Positions 36,681 to 39,468 of a stretch of DNA of 39,468 nt are shown one piece after another (the stretch's first letter is position 1; each line of letters opens with the position of its first letter). A model generated the notes under the pieces. It was not told the origin of the DNA. It saw only the letters and a program-made list of their open reading frames with translations, and searched no databases. A program made the position numbers and the translations under genes. This DNA is from a virus (Duplodnaviria > Caudoviricetes). Where the stretch lies: positions 1 to 39,468 of the IMG/VR virus record IMGVR_UViG_3300048854_000051. One strand, 5' to 3'.

Positions 36681-36830
36681 CTATTTGGCTGCTTGTTTTT
36701 CTTCGCGAGCCTTGATGGCGCAGTCAGCGTGCTGAACCTTCCATGTGCCAAGGTGGCGCTGGAAATGGCCTTCGCCGACCTCTACGCGCTGATGGCAGCG
36801 GTAGCAGGTGCCGGGGTGCTTGTTCCTCAT
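36681..36830 (-). CDS. Small Zn-binding protein (49 aa)
   Basis: Manual translation MRNKHPGTCYRC...QHADC. Confidence 0.65.
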   Translation of the reverse strand: MRNKHPGTCYRCHQRVEVGEGHFQRHLGTWKVQHADCAIKAREEKQAAK

Positions 36831-36943
36831 GACGTCACCAGATCAGCTAAAGCGCTGAGCAGCATCAGGCACGTAGCAAACAGGATGGCGCCGAGTGATC
36901 CGCGCAGGAGGTAGGCGCGGCGCAGGCGTTGGCGGGTGGTCAT
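36827..36943 (-). CDS. Small single-TM protein (38 aa)
   Basis: MTTRQRLRRAYLLRGSLGAILFATCLMLLSALADLVTS; ATGA overlaps on both sides. Confidence 0.6.
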   Translation of the reverse strand: MTTRQRLRRAYLLRGSLGAILFATCLMLLSALADLVTS

Positions 36944-37140
36944 GGCTCCACCAGTCTGCCGCGGGGATCAATCCCCCAGTCACCCTGCATGAACGCGGAG
37001 TTATCGCGGTCGTGATGACGCCAGTTACCCTTGACCGGGCATTCAAGTTCGCAGACGAGTGTTTCGCGTGGGCGCTTCAAGGCGTCTGCGAGGTCTTCTA
37101 GCTGTTCGTCGGTCAGGGATTTGACGATAGGGCTGCTCAT
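36940..37140 (-). CDS. Hypothetical protein
   Basis: MSSPIVKSLTDEQLED; coupled to neighbours. Confidence 0.6.
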   Translation of the reverse strand: MSSPIVKSLTDEQLEDLADALKRPRETLVCELECPVKGNWRHHDRDNSAFMQGDWGIDPRGRLVEP

Positions 37141-37340
37141 GCCGCATTCCTCCGACGCCCGATGCAGATCCTGCTCAAGCGCGCACAGTAGTATTCGAAT
37201 TCTTCGATGGTGATCAGCTGGACCTGCATCGCGCGGATGATCTGACGCTCTATCAGATGCTCATACAATGGCGGAGCGTCTTGTCGCTCAAGATCATCCA
37301 GGGCGGTGCTGATCTGGACGTGAATACTCAAAATCCGCAC
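37137..37340 (-). CDS. Hypothetical protein (start uncertain)
   Basis: ITIEEFEYYCARL; coupled to neighbours. Confidence 0.55.
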   Translation of the reverse strand: MRILSIHVQISTALDDLERQDAPPLYEHLIERQIIRAMQVQLITIEEFEYYCARLSRICIGRRRNAA

Positions 37341-37759
37341 TCCCGCTCAATCCGGTCACTCTCGCGCTTGGCGTCCCGGTATTCATTGGCGCGGTCAGCC
37401 AGCAGGCTACGCGCAAGCTCGGTCACAACCTTTTCGCCGCCAACGGCACGCACCGCCAAGCCATAGAGGCTGCTGTCAGCGCCTCGGCGTATCAGGGCGA
37501 TCAGGATCTGCGCAACGCAGCGGCCGGGATCAATGCGCGACGACATGTGATCGTCAACCGCTTCGTTGAGCTGACCAACACTGACCAACATCTTTTCCTT
37601 ACCAATGGCGTTCGGTGCCTTGATGTCGCGCCGATTTAACAGGTCATCTACTGATGCTGTCAGCCACTCCTGACCCTCTTCGGTTTCGAGAAACCCGTCA
37701 TCTTCAGGAGGCAACCGGTTGTCGTAGCTCAATTGAGCAATCTGCATTGCTGTGTTCAT
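37328..37759 (-). CDS. Hypothetical protein
   Basis: SD GGAGG; AQLSYDNRLPPED N-terminus. Confidence 0.75.
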   Translation of the reverse strand: MNTAMQIAQLSYDNRLPPEDDGFLETEEGQEWLTASVDDLLNRRDIKAPNAIGKEKMLVSVGQLNEAVDDHMSSRIDPGRCVAQILIALIRRGADSSLYGLAVRAVGGEKVVTELARSLLADRANEYRDAKRESDRIERECGF

Positions 37760-37827
37760 GGTCGCCTCCGTAGGCGGTGGTTTACCAAATCTTCTCGGCT
37801 GCCATCGGCATGCGACAAAATTCGGGT

Positions 37828-37852
37828 AATAAAAACCCGGCCTAAACCGGGT
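37828..37852 (-). terminator. Intrinsic terminator in the early-left operon
   Basis: ACCCGG-6nt-CCGGGT followed by TTTTATT on the minus strand. Confidence 0.7.
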
Positions 37853-38072
37853 CTGCGCTGATGCATGGCTCGCTCACATTTGGGTGGCTGCCGGGGAAGT
37901 GGGTTAGGCCATGGTGGTATCTCCTAGTGCTCGTTCACTGGGCAGGCAGTGGCCACCTATGGAATGGGTGCCGGTCTTTCCCGGCCGTCACGGCGCTTGT
38001 GCCAGATCAAGGTAGCTCGCCAATACCAGGTTGGCGCTGACCCTGCGCAATGCGGGTTGAGCTATTCGCCGG

Positions 38073-38271
38073 TGATGCAGATGGCCGGAGCTGATCCCGG
38101 CACGACTATTAGCGGCCTTAGTGACACCGGAGTTTCACCGGGGCGAAGGTTTCAGCCGCTTATTCTTGGACTCGCCGTGGCCATCTGGGCGCTTACCCAC
38201 TCTACCGGCCACGATTCCCGCGATCCCTCAGGTCTTACACTTGCGCATCAGCCTGCGCATTCATCTGCATC
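38073..38271 (-). ncRNA. tRNA-like structured RNA with ~140-nt insert (putative)
   Basis: Acceptor-like stem GCAGATG/CATCTGC, D-like arm TGCGCA-GGCTGA-TGCGCA, T-like arm GCCGG-GATCAGCT-CCGGC. Confidence 0.5.
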
Positions 38272-38659
38272 GGTCAAGACATCTCCGGGGCAAACCGGGC
38301 GTATGGACAATCCACTTGCGGTGGCGTTGCTACCCATCCCAACAATTCCAAGCGATCAACCTTGGTTCAGATGTCTTGCCGATACAGCCTCTTTCGAGGT
38401 GATCGGGAAGGCCTCCAGCCTTCATGACGACGCCCATGATTGTTTGGATTGCCGTAGTGTCGTGAAGCGGCAATTTCGGTCTGGCTTTCGCCTAATTCGT
38501 GCCGTGTACGTCTCCGGCGCCGAGTTCCACGGCCGTCTCCATTTCCTCCCGCCGTAATCCAGACCTCTGACGGGCGATTTGATGCAGGTGGGCGGTTATA
38601 GGCCGCAGTGTCGTCCGCATCCCGAAGCCAACTCATCGAATTGGCAGGGGTGATGCTGG

Positions 38660-38836
38660 TTACGCTGCATCCGGTGGCGCTGGCCGATCCGGCTTGATGA
38701 TGTCGTCACCGCCAAGCGCCCAGCCCAACGACCAGCATCGGTGGCAAGGCTCTTCGCGCATGTTGCAGCCGCAGTTCGACGCTTCGTCTTCGGTCCAGCC
38801 GAGCTGCTTTTCGACCTCTTCGACAGTTCGCATCAT
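38660..38836 (-). CDS. Small Cys4 protein (58 aa)
   Basis: Manual translation MMRTVEEVEKQLGW...NCGCNMREEPCHRCW...; purine-rich SD. Confidence 0.6.
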   Translation of the reverse strand: MMRTVEEVEKQLGWTEDEASNCGCNMREEPCHRCWSLGWALGGDDIIKPDRPAPPDAA

Positions 38837-38886
38837 TCATTCCCTCTCTGTATTCACCGCTCCGATATGGGAGGGGTGAGGGGTGG

Positions 38887-39060
38887 TTACACTGGTTGAA
38901 AGTCACGCAGGAAGTCGGATTGGCGGCTACTGCCGAAAATGGCTTTGCCTTCCTCTTGGAACTCAATAATTCCGAATGGCCTACGTGCAAGCACCGTGAA
39001 TACTCGTCCGCTGCGTAGCTTCCACTTGCTGCCAATCGCTACGGCTGCAGGCTTGCCCAT
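38887..39060 (-). CDS. Small hypothetical protein (57 aa)
   Basis: Manual translation MGKPAAVAIGSKWKLRSGRVFTV...DFLRDFQPV; SD GAGG/AAGG. Confidence 0.6.
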   Translation of the reverse strand: MGKPAAVAIGSKWKLRSGRVFTVLARRPFGIIEFQEEGKAIFGSSRQSDFLRDFQPV

Positions 39061-39112
39061 CTCGCCTTACCCTCTCTATTCGTTTAGGCCGCCGGGTGAG
39101 TGGCGGCAGTGA

Positions 39113-39468
39113 TTACGGTACCTGGACAAATTTGTTGTTCTCGTCGAGTCGGTACGCCTTGCCCGCCTCAATGCCATCCTCGCCCACATAAGCGTTGTAG
39201 GTGCGATAGCGCTCAGACTTGCTGTCCCATCTGCGGATGCGCAGCTCAGCCTTCTCGCCGCCGGTGAGCGTGGAGCGGTTGCCGCCGGTGAGCGTGGAGC
39301 CGTCGCCGCCGGTGAGCGTGGAGTCGCCGCCGCCGGTGAGCGTGGAGCCGTCGCCGCCGGTGAGCGTGGAGCGGTTGCCGCCGGTGAGCGTGGAGCCGTC
39401 GCCGCCGGTGAGCGTGGAGCCGTCGCCGCCGGTGAGCGTGGAGCCGTAGCCGCCGGTGAGCGTGGAGC
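39113..39468 (-). CDS. Ice-nucleation-protein homologue, C-terminal part; enters from the right end
   Basis: GxxSTLTG repeats then GEKAELRIRRWDSKSERYRTYNAYVGEDGIEAGKAYRLDENNKFVQVP*. This resembles the recalled InaZ C-terminal cap LIFRLWDGKRYRQLVARTGENGVEADIPYYVNEDDDIV. Confidence 0.88.
   Translation of the reverse strand, partial: STLTGGYGSTLTGGDGSTLTGGDGSTLTGGNRSTLTGGDGSTLTGGGDSTLTGGDGSTLTGGNRSTLTGGEKAELRIRRWDSKSERYRTYNAYVGEDGIEAGKAYRLDENNKFVQVP
39257..39468. repeat. 24-bp coding tandem repeat, right part (8 full units plus 1 partial)
   Basis: Same unit and the same four 6-nt variants as at 1-180. Confidence 0.98.

Larger units (their letters stand above)
1..39468. mobile_element. Near-complete temperate phage genome (podovirus-type virion, lambdoid regulation), probably the excised circular form opened within a tandem repeat
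   Basis: All modules are present (immunity, replication, packaging, virion, lysis, integration, recombination). No host genes. Intact attP lies between int and an AlpA-like gene. One gene continues from the left end into the right end. Confidence 0.93.

Noticed and set aside
37949-38557. 202-aa plus-strand ORF
   Set aside because: It is opposite to the operon direction, has no recognisable motifs, and overlaps the structured RNA candidate.
39219-39449. Plus-strand PPVSVE-repeat ORF
   Set aside because: It is the antisense shadow of the INP-like gene. The minus frame has domain homology and matches the operon direction.
39257-39468. Terminal direct repeats as physical genome ends
   Set aside because: The unit orders at the two ends do not overlap exactly and the break lies inside a gene. 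An assembly break in a tandem array explains it better.

Overview
This window is an essentially complete, circularly permuted ~39.5 kb temperate Pseudomonas-type phage genome. It has lambdoid control (cI/cro, O-like initiator plus DnaC-like loader, NinB/NinG, Q), a P22-like podovirus morphogenesis module, split lysis genes, a LexA-box/SRAP cassette, and a tyrosine integrase with an intact attP whose core matches a tRNA 3' end. The assembly is broken inside a 24-bp tandem array found at both ends. On the minus strand the two ends encode the N- and C-terminal parts of one gene that the ORF track missed. Its product is a homologue of bacterial ice-nucleation proteins (InaZ family), with an InaZ-like N-terminal domain, at least 16 GGxxSTLT octapeptides and an InaZ-like C-terminal cap. 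It is the first gene of the CI-repressed leftward early operon. Other points of interest are a tRNA-like structured RNA with a ~140-nt insert and several small membrane or lipoprotein morons. Family assignments come from motif recognition and recalled reference sequences; no database search was run.
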